NCBI GenBank assembly: GCA_001600815.1
Contig: BCKZ01000012.1
Location: 609,546 to 673,545, forward strand
DNA from: Alloascoidea hylecoeti
Lineage: Eukaryota
Direction: 5' to 3'
Length of the DNA: 64,000 nt
The notes below the pieces were generated by a model that searched no databases, was not told where the DNA came from, and saw only the letters and a program-made list of their open reading frames with translations. The position numbers and the translations under genes were made by a program. Below are positions 23,369 to 34,839 of the stretch, one piece after another; position 1 is the stretch's first letter, and the number at the start of each line of letters is the position of its first letter.

Positions 23369-25465
23369 ATGGAAAGATTATCTCAAATCTCATCTCAAAC
23401 TACAGGTGCATATGTTACTGGTGGATATCCTTTGGATCCTCTTTCCCCAGCTGAAATCGCTACTGCTGTCGCCATCGTTAAAGATTATTTTAAAGGACGT
23501 ACAATTTCTTTCAATGTCGTTACTTTGAAAGAACCTCACAAAGATGCCTTTTTAGCATGGGATTCAAGCCCTGCTACTGTCGAAAGACCTCCAAGAGAAG
23601 CTTCATTTGTTGTTTTAGAATCTGGTGTTAATGGTGTTATTGAAGGTTATCTCAGTTTCAAAACTGGTCAAGTCATTACTAGTAAGCAAGTTTCTGGTGT
23701 TCAACCAATTTTAACTGTTGAAGATTTACAAGCAACTGAAGAAGTTATGAGAAAGGACCCAAGAGTTATTGAACAATGTGTTATCTCTGGTTTAAGAGCT
23801 GATGAAATGCACAAGGTTTACTGTGATCCATGGACAATTGGTTATGATGAAAGATGGGGAACTTCAAAACGTTTGCAACAAGCTATGATGTATTATAGAT
23901 CTGATGAAGATGATTCTCAATATTCTCATCCTTTGGATTTCTGTCCTATTGTTGATACTGAAAAGAAGGAAGTTGTTTATATTGATATCCCTCCAATTAG
24001 AAGACCAGTTTCAAAAGCTCCTCATGCTAATTTCAATCCTCCAGATATTAAAAAGACTTTTGGTTATAGAACAGATACTAAGCCAATTAATGTTACACAA
24101 CCAGAAGGTGTTTCATTTAAAATGACTGGTAACATTATGGAATGGTCTAATTTCAAATTTCACATTGGTTTTAATTACCGTGAAGGTATTGTTTTAAATA
24201 ATATCACTTATAACGATCATGGTAATGTTAGGCCAATTTTTCACAGAATGTCTATTTCTGAGATGGTTGTTCCTTATGGTAACCCAGATCATCCCCATCA
24301 AAGAAAACATGCTTTTGATTTAGGTGAATATGGTGCTGGTTATATGACAAATCCATTATCTCTTGGTTGTGATTGTAAAGGTGTTATTCATTATCTTGAT
24401 GCCCATTTCTGTGATAGAAGTGGTGATCCAGTTACTATTCCACATGCTGTTTGTATTCATGAAGAAGATGGTGGTATTTTGTTTAAACATTCTGATTTCA
24501 GAGATAACTTTGCAACTTCTATTGTTACAAGAGCTACTGTTTTGATCATTTCTCAAATTTTCACTGCTGCAAATTATGAATATATGGTTTATTGGAAATT
24601 CCATCAAGATGGTACTATTCAACTTGAATTGAAATTAACAGGTATATTAAATACTTTTATTCTTGGTAATGATGAAAGTGCTGAACCATATGGCACAAGA
24701 GTTTATCCAGGTGTTAATGCTCATAACCATCAACATTTATTTGCTTTAAGAATACATCCAAGAGTTGATGGTGATGGTAACTCCGTTGCTATGGTTGATG
24801 CCGCTCGTCCTGATGCCCCAGTTGGCTCTGCTGAAAATAAATATGGTAATGCATTTTATGCTAAAAAGACTACATTTAAGACAGTTAAAGATTCAATGAC
24901 CAATTATGATAGTGCTACTGGTAGATCATGGGATATATTTAACCCAAATAAGACCAATAAATATTCTGGTAAACCACCATCATACAAGATTGTTTCTAAA
25001 GAGTGTCCACCACTATTATGTAAGGAAGGTGGTCTTGTTCACAAGAGAGCAGGTTTTGCACACAATCACATGCATGTTGTTCCATATGAAGATGGAAGAG
25101 TTTACCCAGCTGGTGAGTATGTTCCACAAACATCTGGTGAGCCATCAAGAGGTTTACCTGAATGGATTGGAGATGGTACAGCACCGATTGAAAATACTGA
25201 TGTTATAGTATATCATACTTTTGGTATTACGCATTTCCCATCACCAGAAGATTTCCCAGTTATGCCAGCAGAACCAATGACATTACTTTTAAGACCTCGT
25301 CATTTCTTTTTACAAAATCCTGGTTTAGATATTTTACCGTCGCATGCTGCTACTACAAGTGAAGCAAGAAAAATGATTGGTGACATTAAAAGTAAAACTG
25401 ATAGTACTTCACGATTAGCTTTTACTGAAACGAATGCAGTTGCTTCTTCATGTTGTAAGAAATAA
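23369..25465 (+). CDS. AMO1: Copper-containing (TPQ) amine oxidase, peroxisomal methylamine oxidase type
   Basis: TPQ site TAANYEY, Cu ligands HNHQH and GITHFP, catalytic AFDLGEYG. Termini resemble Ogataea polymorpha AMO (MERL.QI.SQ; SRLAF...SCC.K). Confidence 0.93.
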   Translation: MERLSQISSQTTGAYVTGGYPLDPLSPAEIATAVAIVKDYFKGRTISFNVVTLKEPHKDAFLAWDSSPATVERPPREASFVVLESGVNGVIEGYLSFKTGQVITSKQVSGVQPILTVEDLQATEEVMRKDPRVIEQCVISGLRADEMHKVYCDPWTIGYDERWGTSKRLQQAMMYYRSDEDDSQYSHPLDFCPIVDTEKKEVVYIDIPPIRRPVSKAPHANFNPPDIKKTFGYRTDTKPINVTQPEGVSFKMTGNIMEWSNFKFHIGFNYREGIVLNNITYNDHGNVRPIFHRMSISEMVVPYGNPDHPHQRKHAFDLGEYGAGYMTNPLSLGCDCKGVIHYLDAHFCDRSGDPVTIPHAVCIHEEDGGILFKHSDFRDNFATSIVTRATVLIISQIFTAANYEYMVYWKFHQDGTIQLELKLTGILNTFILGNDESAEPYGTRVYPGVNAHNHQHLFALRIHPRVDGDGNSVAMVDAARPDAPVGSAENKYGNAFYAKKTTFKTVKDSMTNYDSATGRSWDIFNPNKTNKYSGKPPSYKIVSKECPPLLCKEGGLVHKRAGFAHNHMHVVPYEDGRVYPAGEYVPQTSGEPSRGLPEWIGDGTAPIENTDVIVYHTFGITHFPSPEDFPVMPAEPMTLLLRPRHFFLQNPGLDILPSHAATTSEARKMIGDIKSKTDSTSRLAFTETNAVASSCCKK

Positions 25466-25724
25466 AGATCTATAAATATACAAGCATAAATATTGAAATT
25501 TATTGTTGAGATGTTCCTTTTTATATATAATGTTAATATAATAAAATTAGTTTTAAAACAAAATTTTTAATTGTCAATTTTGTAATATGATTATAATTAT
25601 GATAATCCTTTATTATTAGAGTGTAATGTAACTTATATATATATTATACTTCTTAACATCTGTAAAAATAGAGATAAATTTCCGTTCCTGAAGCCAAATA
25701 ATGCAAGTGTTAATTAGATTTCAA

Positions 25725-25993
25725 TATATTTTTGAAATTATCACAGTAGTATAGAGTTTCAGTAATTTGATAGCATGAGCTTTTTTATCAGATATAGTTA
25801 TTTGTGTAGCATCTTGACCTTCATTGAACTTGTTTAAAGAGGTGCTCTATATTTTTGAAATCCACCAAGATTTATTTAGGGTTAGATATCACACTAGTAT
25901 AGAGTTTAAATAATTTCATTGCCTGAGCTTTTTCATTAGATATAGTTGTGTTAGCATCTTGGCCTTCATTGGACTTGTTTAAAGAGGTGCTCT
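25725..25993. repeat. Diverged tandem duplication of the 3' end of the Myb gene (units ~25725-25848 and ~25848-25993)
   Basis: TATATTTTTGAAAT...TATCAC.(C/G)TAGTATAGAGTTT...TAGCATCTTG(A/G)CCTTCATTG(A/G)ACTTGTTTAAAGAGGTGCTCT occurs twice. Confidence 0.85.
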
Positions 25994-26852
25994 TATCCTC
26001 ATTAAGAAGGATGTCATATTCAACGTTCATTTCCTCATTATATTCATTTTTAGATAATAACTCAAAGGCCTTCAGGATACATTTTTCTGCAGTAAATGAA
26101 TGACCCATTCCGTGCGCTACTCTATTCCAGCGGCAAGCCCATTCTTGTTGTAATGAAGTAAGTAACCTTTTAACTTCATCATTTTTCCAGGGAGTGTCTC
26201 TATGTTTCAAAGATCTTAGGTACTTCATTTGAACGGCTTGATGAGAACGTTTGTTATGGAGACGGGAAGCAATTTCCCTCCAAGAAAGATTATCAACTTC
26301 TTTTAGTCGAACTAGTTGCTTCTCTTCTTCTATAGACCACCCTCCAGTAGATTTATTGGTAGATTTTCCATTGTATTTATTAGAAGATTCTCCAATATGA
26401 AGTCTAACTTGATTAATGTATCGGTGTAGAGAACTAGATCTTTGTAAAGTCTGCCATTTTTTAGAGTTATAATGTAAGACAAGAAGAAATGGTTTTGGTT
26501 TGGAATTTAAGTTGTTATCTTGATCAAGTTCACGCGATTGATCACAAAGTTTAATTCTTGGATCGCGATTGCAAGTTTTTTCTATATCATATTTAAAACA
26601 CACATTATTATTTAATTCTTGTTCAATTGGATTATAAGTAAAAGATACTGGATAATCAGTATGGGATGAATCAGACGAGAAACTGTCGTCATCATTAACG
26701 GAAGAAACGCGTACATTTTCGGATGATTCAACGTCATCGGAAGAAGAATATCTAAATCGATGCATAGGTATGGAATTCCAAGAAGTCACCAATAGCGAAG
26801 GTGATATAGGAAGAGAGCCATTGAAAGGACTAGAGGAGGTTTCGAGAAGCAT
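25872..26852 (-). CDS. Myb/SANT-repeat protein (two C-terminal repeats), likely transcription factor; probable start ATG 26852
   Basis: GGWSIEEEKQLVRLKEVDNLSWREIASRL...RSHQAVQMKY and PWKNDEVKRL...RWNRVAHGMG...C show Myb tryptophan spacing. Confidence 0.78.
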   Translation of the reverse strand: MLLETSSSPFNGSLPISPSLLVTSWNSIPMHRFRYSSSDDVESSENVRVSSVNDDDSFSSDSSHTDYPVSFTYNPIEQELNNNVCFKYDIEKTCNRDPRIKLCDQSRELDQDNNLNSKPKPFLLVLHYNSKKWQTLQRSSSLHRYINQVRLHIGESSNKYNGKSTNKSTGGWSIEEEKQLVRLKEVDNLSWREIASRLHNKRSHQAVQMKYLRSLKHRDTPWKNDEVKRLLTSLQQEWACRWNRVAHGMGHSFTAEKCILKAFELLSKNEYNEEMNVEYDILLNEDKSTSLNKSNEGQDANTTISNEKAQAMKLFKLYTSVISNPK

Positions 26853-27054
26853 TATCGTTAAATTTGTTGCAAAGGGAAGGAACAATATTATCGTTATTAA
26901 ACAGTCAGTCACATGACTAATGAATTATAAATCACGTGTACGTGTTTACATAATATTTGCCTAAGATCTGAGTCAGTTTATCGCCATTTAACTTTAAATT
27001 TAATTTTATAACTTACCTCCATCCGTAGCCCATTGTTTATTAACTATCCTGAGA

Positions 27055-28269
27055 ATGGACAAATCAGTGGCAAAAGATCCCAAGGAGTTAGTACGCGAAC
27101 CTTCACGGGGTTCTGTTAAAAACACCCCAAAATTCGTCGCCCAACCCTATACTGATCGGAATGTCTCAGCTGCAGATAGCCCTGGTAGGCAACAAACAAA
27201 GAATCAGGGAAGAGCTCTCACCACCAAAAGATATGTTTTTTCTGTTGACGACGATGAAGATGAGGTCGAAGCTGGCCTTCTTCAGGAATATATGGAAGGT
27301 TATTCCGACAATGTGAAACGGCTTGCAAGAAGAACGAAAAAGGGGAAAGAACCTACTCAGTCACCAAAAGATGTCCGCGCGGAGCCTAGTGGGGAACGAG
27401 TCGTGTCTTTCTCATTAAGCCAACCTTCCACCATCGATAAATCACATTACACTACAAATACTCTTGGTCAAGTCGACGAGAATGATTCTAATGGAATCGA
27501 AGGTCCTTCAACTGCTCCAATCCTCAGATCTCAGCAGAGTAACAATAGCATCATCGCTGACCTGGTTCAAAGACATCATATTGATAAAGACTTAATAGCC
27601 GAGGAATCCATGGAACCAAACGAGCAATTTAATTCTCCATCCTTGCAAGAGCAGACAGAGGATGATCGATTGGATCCTAATGCAATTAACCTCGATGGAG
27701 GTGCTAATGATACAAATGATAATGAGAGTATTTCAAGTGTCGAAACATTCACTTTAAGAGAAAGACAAGATGCCATAAATACAACACATCCTTTTGGTAT
27801 AAGAATTTGGAAACCTGCTCTTTATAAGAAAATTCGGTCAGTGCAAACAATTGCTGATAATGAGATTCACTCAACTCCTAATATACGTAAGAAAATCAGT
27901 TGGGATGTGAAGCTTGGTTATATTTTCTGGATAATGACATCTGGTATCATCCTGTTTCTACCTTGTTTTATTGGGTTTCTTGTTCTTAGAGGTTTCTTTT
28001 TTTGGTCTAGATCCTCTACTCAATACGCTAAACAATTGCTCCGCATTGCCACTTATTTCCTATTTCCCTTTGGAAAAGTAGTGCAATTAAGCCAAGATGA
28101 AAATTATATTCTAGAAGATGTTGGTGAAGGTAGATCCTTGAATGAATATGAAAGTTGGAGAAGAACTGACTTTATCGAAGCTGGAAGATTGTTTTTTGGT
28201 CCACCAAGCTCTTCACAAAGAAAGAAGAGAATTAGTACTGCTCTGCACATAATTGACGAATCGATTCAA

Positions 28270-28304
<35 letters not shown>

Positions 28305-30297
28305 TAATAATAATAACTCCAATAACTCTATTGGTCATTCTGATGATGATGACGATGATGATTATGATGAAGATAACAACATAAATGATGGATCACCTTC
28401 AGAACCTGTACATGTTCTTCCATTGGATGCTACAAGAAAGCGTCGTCTGTTTGGAAGAGGTGAATGGACATTGGGTCGTTTTCTATTTTTTGTCTGGTTT
28501 TATGTTACTACATTACCATTGTTGTTGATTATATCATTTATTTGCTGGTTGGGTGTATTTTCAATCCCCATGGCTAAAGTATTAGACGTCCTTTCCATTC
28601 ATATCCAAAGACATCCATTAGCATTGAAGTTCAATTCTCCTCATTCTGCCATTGGAGAAGACCCGATTTTGTTATGCACTTATAGAGCTTTTGGATGGAG
28701 ATACTATAAATACACAGTTGATGGTACAAATATTATTCTTATTAATCTAATGTCCCTTGTTTTATTTGTTATTTTTGATTATTACATATTAAAAGAACAT
28801 CTCGGAATTAATCTTCTTTTAACGGACTCAAACTTTATCTTTTTAATGTGTTTAGCATCTGTTATTCCTTTGGCATATTTTATTGGACAAGCAGTTGCTT
28901 CTATTTCTGCACAATCTTCTATGGGTCTTGGTGCAGTTATAAATGCTTTCTTCTCAACAATTGTAGAAGTATTTCTATATTGTATTGCTTTGAATCAAGA
29001 AAAGGCTAAGATTGTTGAGGGTGGTATTATTGGTTCCATTCTTGGTGCTGTTTTATTGTTACCAGGTTTATCAATGTGTGCTGGTGCTTTGGAAAGAAAA
29101 ACTCAACGTTATAATCCAAGATCTGCTGGTGTTAGTTCTACAATGATGCTTTTTGCAACTGTTGCAACATTTGCTCCAACTTTGTTCTACGAGATTTTTG
29201 GTACTTATGAAATTCGTTGTGTTCCTTGTATTGTTACTGGAGATAATAAATCTTGTGAAAGATGTCATTTTTATGAAGTTCCTCTTCAAAATGATAACCT
29301 TTATCTTAATATCGTTAAGCCATTCAGTTATTTATGTGCTGTATTGTTATTTTTATCTTATTGTATTGGTCTTTGGTTTACACTTAGAACTCATGCAGCT
29401 TTGATTTGGCAAGCTCCCATTTCAAATGATCTTCCTCCAAGGCCTTCACTTGCCAATATACCCCGACAAAATTCTTTACAACAAAGCAGGCAAGTTGCTT
29501 CTGTTTCAACTGCTTTGGATCGTCAACCAATTTTCAAAAGACCTTCATTGACTGCTTTAAGCTTAGGCAAGAAACAATTATTACCGTTTACAAATTCACC
29601 AAGACAAATGCCAATGTCACCAAGGAGTGTACCTCAAACAAACCCTGGGACATCAATTGCAGAAGTCCCTATCCCTAATGTTACACTCCCTGATTCAAAA
29701 CCAGAGCCAGTTTCTTCTGGCGGCCATGATGCACCAAATTGGTCTCGTAAGAAATCATCTATCATTCTATTAGGTGCAACAATATTATATGCTGTTATTG
29801 CTGAAATTTTGGTTGGCACTGTTGATGGGGTCCTTAAGAAGTATCCATTAAATCCTCGTTTTGTGGGGTTAACTATTTTTGCTTTGGTTCCAAACACAAC
29901 TGAATTTCTAAATGCTATTTCTTTTGCTATGCATGGAAATGTTGCTTTGTCTATGGAAATTGGTACTGCTTATTCATTACAAGTTTATCTTTTACAAATT
30001 CCTGCTCTTGTTTTATACTCTTTATACAAGACTACTAAAAATCCAGATGCTGATATCGATCTTGGTACTAGTTTATTTAACTTGATATTTCCTCGATGGG
30101 ACGTCGTTGGGACAATGTTAAGTGTTTTCTTGTTTACTTATATTTATGCAGAAGGCAAAAGTAATTACTTTAAAGGTAGTATTTTGGTTCTTATTTATGT
30201 TGTTGTCTTGACTGGTTTTTATTTCACTGGTGTTATTGATGATAACGAAATTTTTGCAGGAGCTAATAGATTTGTTGTATCTACCTATGGCAATTAA
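27055..30297 (+). CDS. VNX1: Vacuolar monovalent cation/H+ antiporter Vnx1 (CAX type II)
   Basis: FTLRERQDAINTTHPFGIRIWKPALYKK, YYKYTVDGTNI, PLAYFIGQAVASISAQSSMG.GAVINAFF, GGHDAPNWSR, ALVPNTTEFLNAISFAM.GNVALSMEIG, EGKSNYFKG. Confidence 0.93.
28270..28362 (+). repeat. Coding (AAT)n and (GAT)n microsatellites (poly-Asn, poly-Asp) in VNX1
   Basis: aataataat... then gatgatgat... runs are directly visible. Confidence 0.9.
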
Positions 30298-30698
30298 TAC
30301 TTCACCAAAAGAAGTTTACAAGATAACATGCAAAATGAATGATTATGATCATCGTTTCTTCATATCTTCTATTTTATTATTCCTTACTTTTTAAACTTCA
30401 TGATTTATTTGATTTGCATCAGAATCCTCTACAAGTCTCTATTCTTCAAAACCATATTTTAATAAAACGTTTTACCGCTACATATTTTATATAACTCGTA
30501 CTATTTGTTACAGCATTTATAATTGTTAATTTTTGTTATCATTTGATATATTTACTCATTAATTTTAATATATTTTTCTCCTATAGGATACTCTAATTAA
30601 AAAGTTTATATTATATATTTATCGTAAAACAACAATTCATCGATATCAATATACAAGCTCGGGTTAAATATATATGACTAGTCAGGTAACTTGATGAG

Positions 30699-32166
30699 TT
30701 AAGTATTTTTTTTGAAGAAAGCTGATCCTTTAACCAATTCTTCCATTGACTTCTCAAAAATATCTAAACCTTCTTCGATAACTTTATTCTCGATATTCAA
30801 AGCAGGGACAAATCTAATTGTATTATTACCTGCACTAATGATCAATAGACCATGTTGACGAGCTTTGTCGATGATTGAATTAGGAGTTATGGGAGAATCT
30901 GGATTTATTTGTAACCCAAGGAGTAAACCTTCTCCTCGGAATCCATTTACAATATCCGGATACTTTTCAGTTAAGTTAGAAAATTTGTCAGTAAATATTT
31001 TAGATTTTTCTTGAACACCATCAAGTAAGGTCTTTGAAGATACCTGGGAAAGGACATAGTGCCCAATCCTGGAACCAAGTGGGTTACCACCATAGGTAGT
31101 ACCATGATCTCCAACCTTTAGAACACTCTCAACGTCTTCTGTGATCATTGTAGCACCAATAGGGAAACCGTTACCAAGAGCCTTAGCCATTGTAAGAATA
31201 TCGGGATGAGCTTCAGGTGGTAAGGAGCCATGTGCCCAAAGTCTACCTGTTCTTCCCAATCCACATTGAATCTCATCAAAAATCAACAAAGCGTTGTGCT
31301 TAGTTGCAAGTTGTTTCAATCCAACGAGGAACTCTTCTGTTGCTATATTAACACCGCCTTCACCTTGGATGGGTTCAACAATTATTCCACAAGTCTTGTC
31401 ACTAATGACCTTTTCAACTGAGGAAAGATCATTCAATTGGGCTACATGAACTCCCGGTAACAAAGGTGCAAAGGGTTTTTGATACTTTGGATTTGGAGTG
31501 ACAGATAAAGAACCACAAGAACGGCCATGGAATCCGTTTTGAAAGGTGATCAGTTCGAACTTTGAACCTGGTTCTTCTTCATTTTGATGTGCATATCCCC
31601 ACTTTCGAGCAAATTTTATTGCAGCCTCGTTTGCTTCAGTGCCACTATTTGATAAAAATACTTTTGCAGCCTTAGACATCCCCCCAGACTTGAGAGTAGT
31701 TTCGATCAGTGATTTACTGAGTTCACCTGTCCATAAGTTATGGTACAAATTACTTGTGTGAATAACAGTAAGTGCTTGATCATATAGTATATTTGCGATC
31801 TCTTCATTGGAATGTCCAAGAGCAGTAACAGCAATTCCAGCGGTAAAATCGACGAATTTACGTCCCTCAATATCCCACAAGTAGGCACCTTTAGCTTTCT
31901 CCAAAACAATATCTGGTCGAGAATACGTAGTTACGCAAAATGGTGAGTGTGATCCAATAAATTGAGAAGAATGGCTTGAAGAATTTGGGTCCTTATGGCT
32001 CAGTTCCTAGATATTTAGCTTGTTAAAATCATAACTCAAAATCCTAGCTCCAAAATCATAAAGATGAAATAAATACCTTTTGTAAGATTACACATTGTGA
32101 TTGAAAGAAACGTTTACCATTCAATTTAAGGCCAGAAGCTAGCCTTACTGGCACTTTTCTGAACAT
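30699..32166 (-). CDS. ARG8: Acetylornithine aminotransferase, mitochondrial; exons 32166-32077, 32006-30699
   Basis: Exon 1 encodes presequence MFRKVPVRLASGLKLNGKRFFQSQCVILQK. Class III motifs DFTAGIAVTALGH, NSGTEANEAA.KFA, VEPIQGEGG, FDEIQCGLGRTG, MAKALGNGFPIGA, HGTTYGGNPL. Confidence 0.95.
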
Positions 32167-32203
32167 AGAAATATTTTATTTACAGTTATGTCCGTAGTTG
32201 GAT

Positions 32204-32272
32204 TGAGTCAGAAAAGTCGCATTATATATTTCAAGAATCATTACATAATACAGCATGTAGCTGATGACTCAT
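32204..32272. promoter_or_regulatory. Two Gcn4/Cpc1 sites upstream of ARG8
   Basis: TGAGTCA at 32204-32210 and the full consensus ATGACTCAT at 32264-32272. Confidence 0.7.
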
Positions 32273-32348
32273 GGTATATATAGGCCGGGTAACTAACCAT
32301 GCTTTTTTTTTATACCGCGGTTTGAAATCGACTGGTTAATTTTCAATA

Positions 32349-32951
32349 ATGAGACCTTCTGTCGGGTTACTAAACGCAGCAAAAGCTGTATCGTCTACAA
32401 TTGTAAAGACATCCACAGCCGTTGGGGCTAGGTCTGCATTTGACTCTTTGCCATTGAAGCTGGTCAACTTTTTTAAAAAGTATCCCCCAGCCTCTTTGCG
32501 ACAATATGCTGATAAACCTGTCTCAACAACAGATCTGAATGCAAATCCATTTATGCCAAATAGACATCCAGTTACCCAGAAAACACATGATTCTATATAT
32601 AGTTTACGACGTCAGAGTGACTTATACAAATTGGCATATCGATATGGCATTCAGGATCTGTTACCACCAATACTCCATAAGAAATTCTTTGAAGAGAAAT
32701 ATGAGACTAAAGTTCCTATGAAGGGTACCCGTATATTTAAAGGTCATAAGCGTGAGAGATTCCGTGATGCTCGGAGGGCTGAAGTTGCTGAAGCTATTTC
32801 AAAAGCTGATGAGATTATTCTTGCTGCTAAGGGTGTAAGTATTCTGATGATAAAAATTTGTTATTACTTATATGGTACTAACATAATATTATAGAACAAA
32901 TACAAACGCAGACTAGAAAGGAACGAGGAGAAGAAAAGAAAGTGGTATTAA
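32349..32951 (+). CDS. MRPL25: Mitochondrial ribosomal large subunit protein mL59; exons 32349-32834, 32895-32951
   Basis: F.SLP.KL.NFFKKYPP, NPF.PNRHPVT.K.H...YSLRRQSDLYKLA, KGHKRE. Intron GTAAGT..TACTAAC..TAG. Confidence 0.9.
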
Positions 32952-33265
32952 ACTCTTTCAGAAAGATTTATCATCAATTTCTTCAATGCACATTAGTTTT
33001 ATTAGTTTTATTAGTTTCATTGTTTGTATATATTGAATGAAGACTAACAATTCATCATTAATTAATAATATAAAGTGGAAACTTCTACATCTCGGATTGA
33101 CTATAATAATAGTACCATTAGTTTACTAGTATAGACACTATAGAATAGTATTTAAGATGTGTGTAACTGTGGTATTAGCTTAACTAGAGCTCTGCTACCA
33201 ATACACGTGATGGTCGTAACCCAAATTTCATAATGTGCTTCATTTTATAATTATCAGCGACAATC

Positions 33266-34016
33266 ATGTCAAAAGAGAAGAGAAAGACTCAAGGTCTCAC
33301 AATTGAAAGAGGTAAGTTTATAATGATAGGATTTGACTTCTTGAGAGGTATCTTTACTAACCTACCCTGATAAAGGCGTTGTTCGTGGTGGTGTCACTGT
33401 TCATCAAGTTAACCCCAGCTATCTCATAGAGAAAATTATTAGAGAGCAAATATTCGAGACATTATATTGGAAAGAAAGATGTTTTGGTTTGACTGGTAAG
33501 TATATATACTAATATCATTTTTTACCTATCTTTTCCTCTTTTAACGCTGTATATTTAGCTGCTACTCTCTGTGATAGAGCTGCCGAGCTCAAGATAATCG
33601 GTGGTCAAAATTCAAATTTAAAACCAACACCTTTTATATGCCTTCTTTTTAAAATGATTCAACTACAGCCTGAAAATGATATAGTCCATTTTTATCTAAA
33701 ACAACCACACTTTAAGTATCTTAGCATGATTGCAGCTTTTTACATTCGGCTCATATTTCCAGCAATTGAGATTTACAAGAGTCTTGAGCCGTTTCTAAAT
33801 GATTACAGAAAACTAAGGGCAAAAGAAGGAGATGGAGCGGTATACTTAACACATGTAGATGAATTTATTGATGATCTACTTACAAAAGAACGAGTTTGTG
33901 GTATTGCTTTACCTCGACTAACAAAACGAGAAATCTTGGAAGACAATGAAGGTCTAGAACCAAGAGTCAGTTTAATACAAAGTGAAATCGAGTCTTCCTC
34001 AGATGACAGCGATTGA
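33266..34016 (+). CDS. PRP38: Pre-mRNA splicing factor Prp38; exons 33266-33311, 33376-33495, 33559-34016
   Basis: Spliced VHQVNPSYLIEKIIREQIFETLYWKERCFGLTAATLCDRAAEL..IGG....KPTPFICLLFKMIQLQP...FKYL...AAFYIRL...LEPFLNDYRKLR. Confidence 0.92.
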
Positions 34017-34167
34017 AAGGGAAAACATGTATAAAATTTTTTTGTTTGTGTATTATCAAATTGTATTATAAAGACGATTTCATTCATTCCTATGTTGTGA
34101 TCATGTTTTTTTATTGTACAACTAAGTATCTCTCAATTTCAGAGAATCTATGATGAGTAGTTTTAGA

Positions 34168-34696
34168 TTAAAATCCTCTAGGACCTCGGCCTCTTCCACC
34201 TCTTCCACCTCTTCCACCTCTTGACATCCCTCGGCCTCCTCTCATTCCACCGCGTCCTCTTCCTCTTGGTGCACCACCTCTTCCAACAGGAGCCGGTCGC
34301 TTACTGTTCTTCGGCTTTGGTGTGTCGTCTATTAACATTGTATCTAGAGGTAACGAATCTGGTAAAATGAAATATCGAATTGTATTTCCTCGAATCTGTA
34401 GATATTCAGAAGTAGTTGGATCCCGTCCTTTAACTGCTATTTTGACATTCTTCAGCGTTGTATTCATGGATGGTGAAACTGATACAACAGTCCCGGAAAC
34501 AATAGTACCTGGAAAATACAGAAGTTAGAATGTTACCAAGAATTTTCAATGGTTTCTATAACATACCATTTTGTAGTTCTATCTGGACCGTTTCGGATGT
34601 CAGCTTCATCAAAAACCTAATACTAAATGTTAGCTATTAAACTGAAAAGTTATATATGAACATTGTCTCATTAATAACATACCGTACTAATTTCAT
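34168..34696 (-). CDS. SMD1: Sm core protein SmD1; exons 34696-34683, 34616-34567, 34508-34168
   Basis: [44 protein letters not shown]...[18 protein letters not shown] plus an RG-rich tail. Confidence 0.95.
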
Positions 34697-34839
34697 GGTT
34701 GAGATTTGTAGAGTATCGGTCAATTGCAAATGAGTGAAACATCCACTACTCCAGTAGGACATGTACGCGATGTGTGTGTATATTTCAGAATGTTGGATAT
34801 CTTGTTCCTCCGATCCTCCGTTTAGCAGTTATCATCCAA

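Noticed and set aside
32835..32894. ORF-track C-terminus of MRPL25 (VSILMIKICYYLYGTNIIL)
   Set aside because: It is a 60-nt intron (GTAAGT..TACTAAC..TAG) read in frame; the true end is the exon at 32895-32951.
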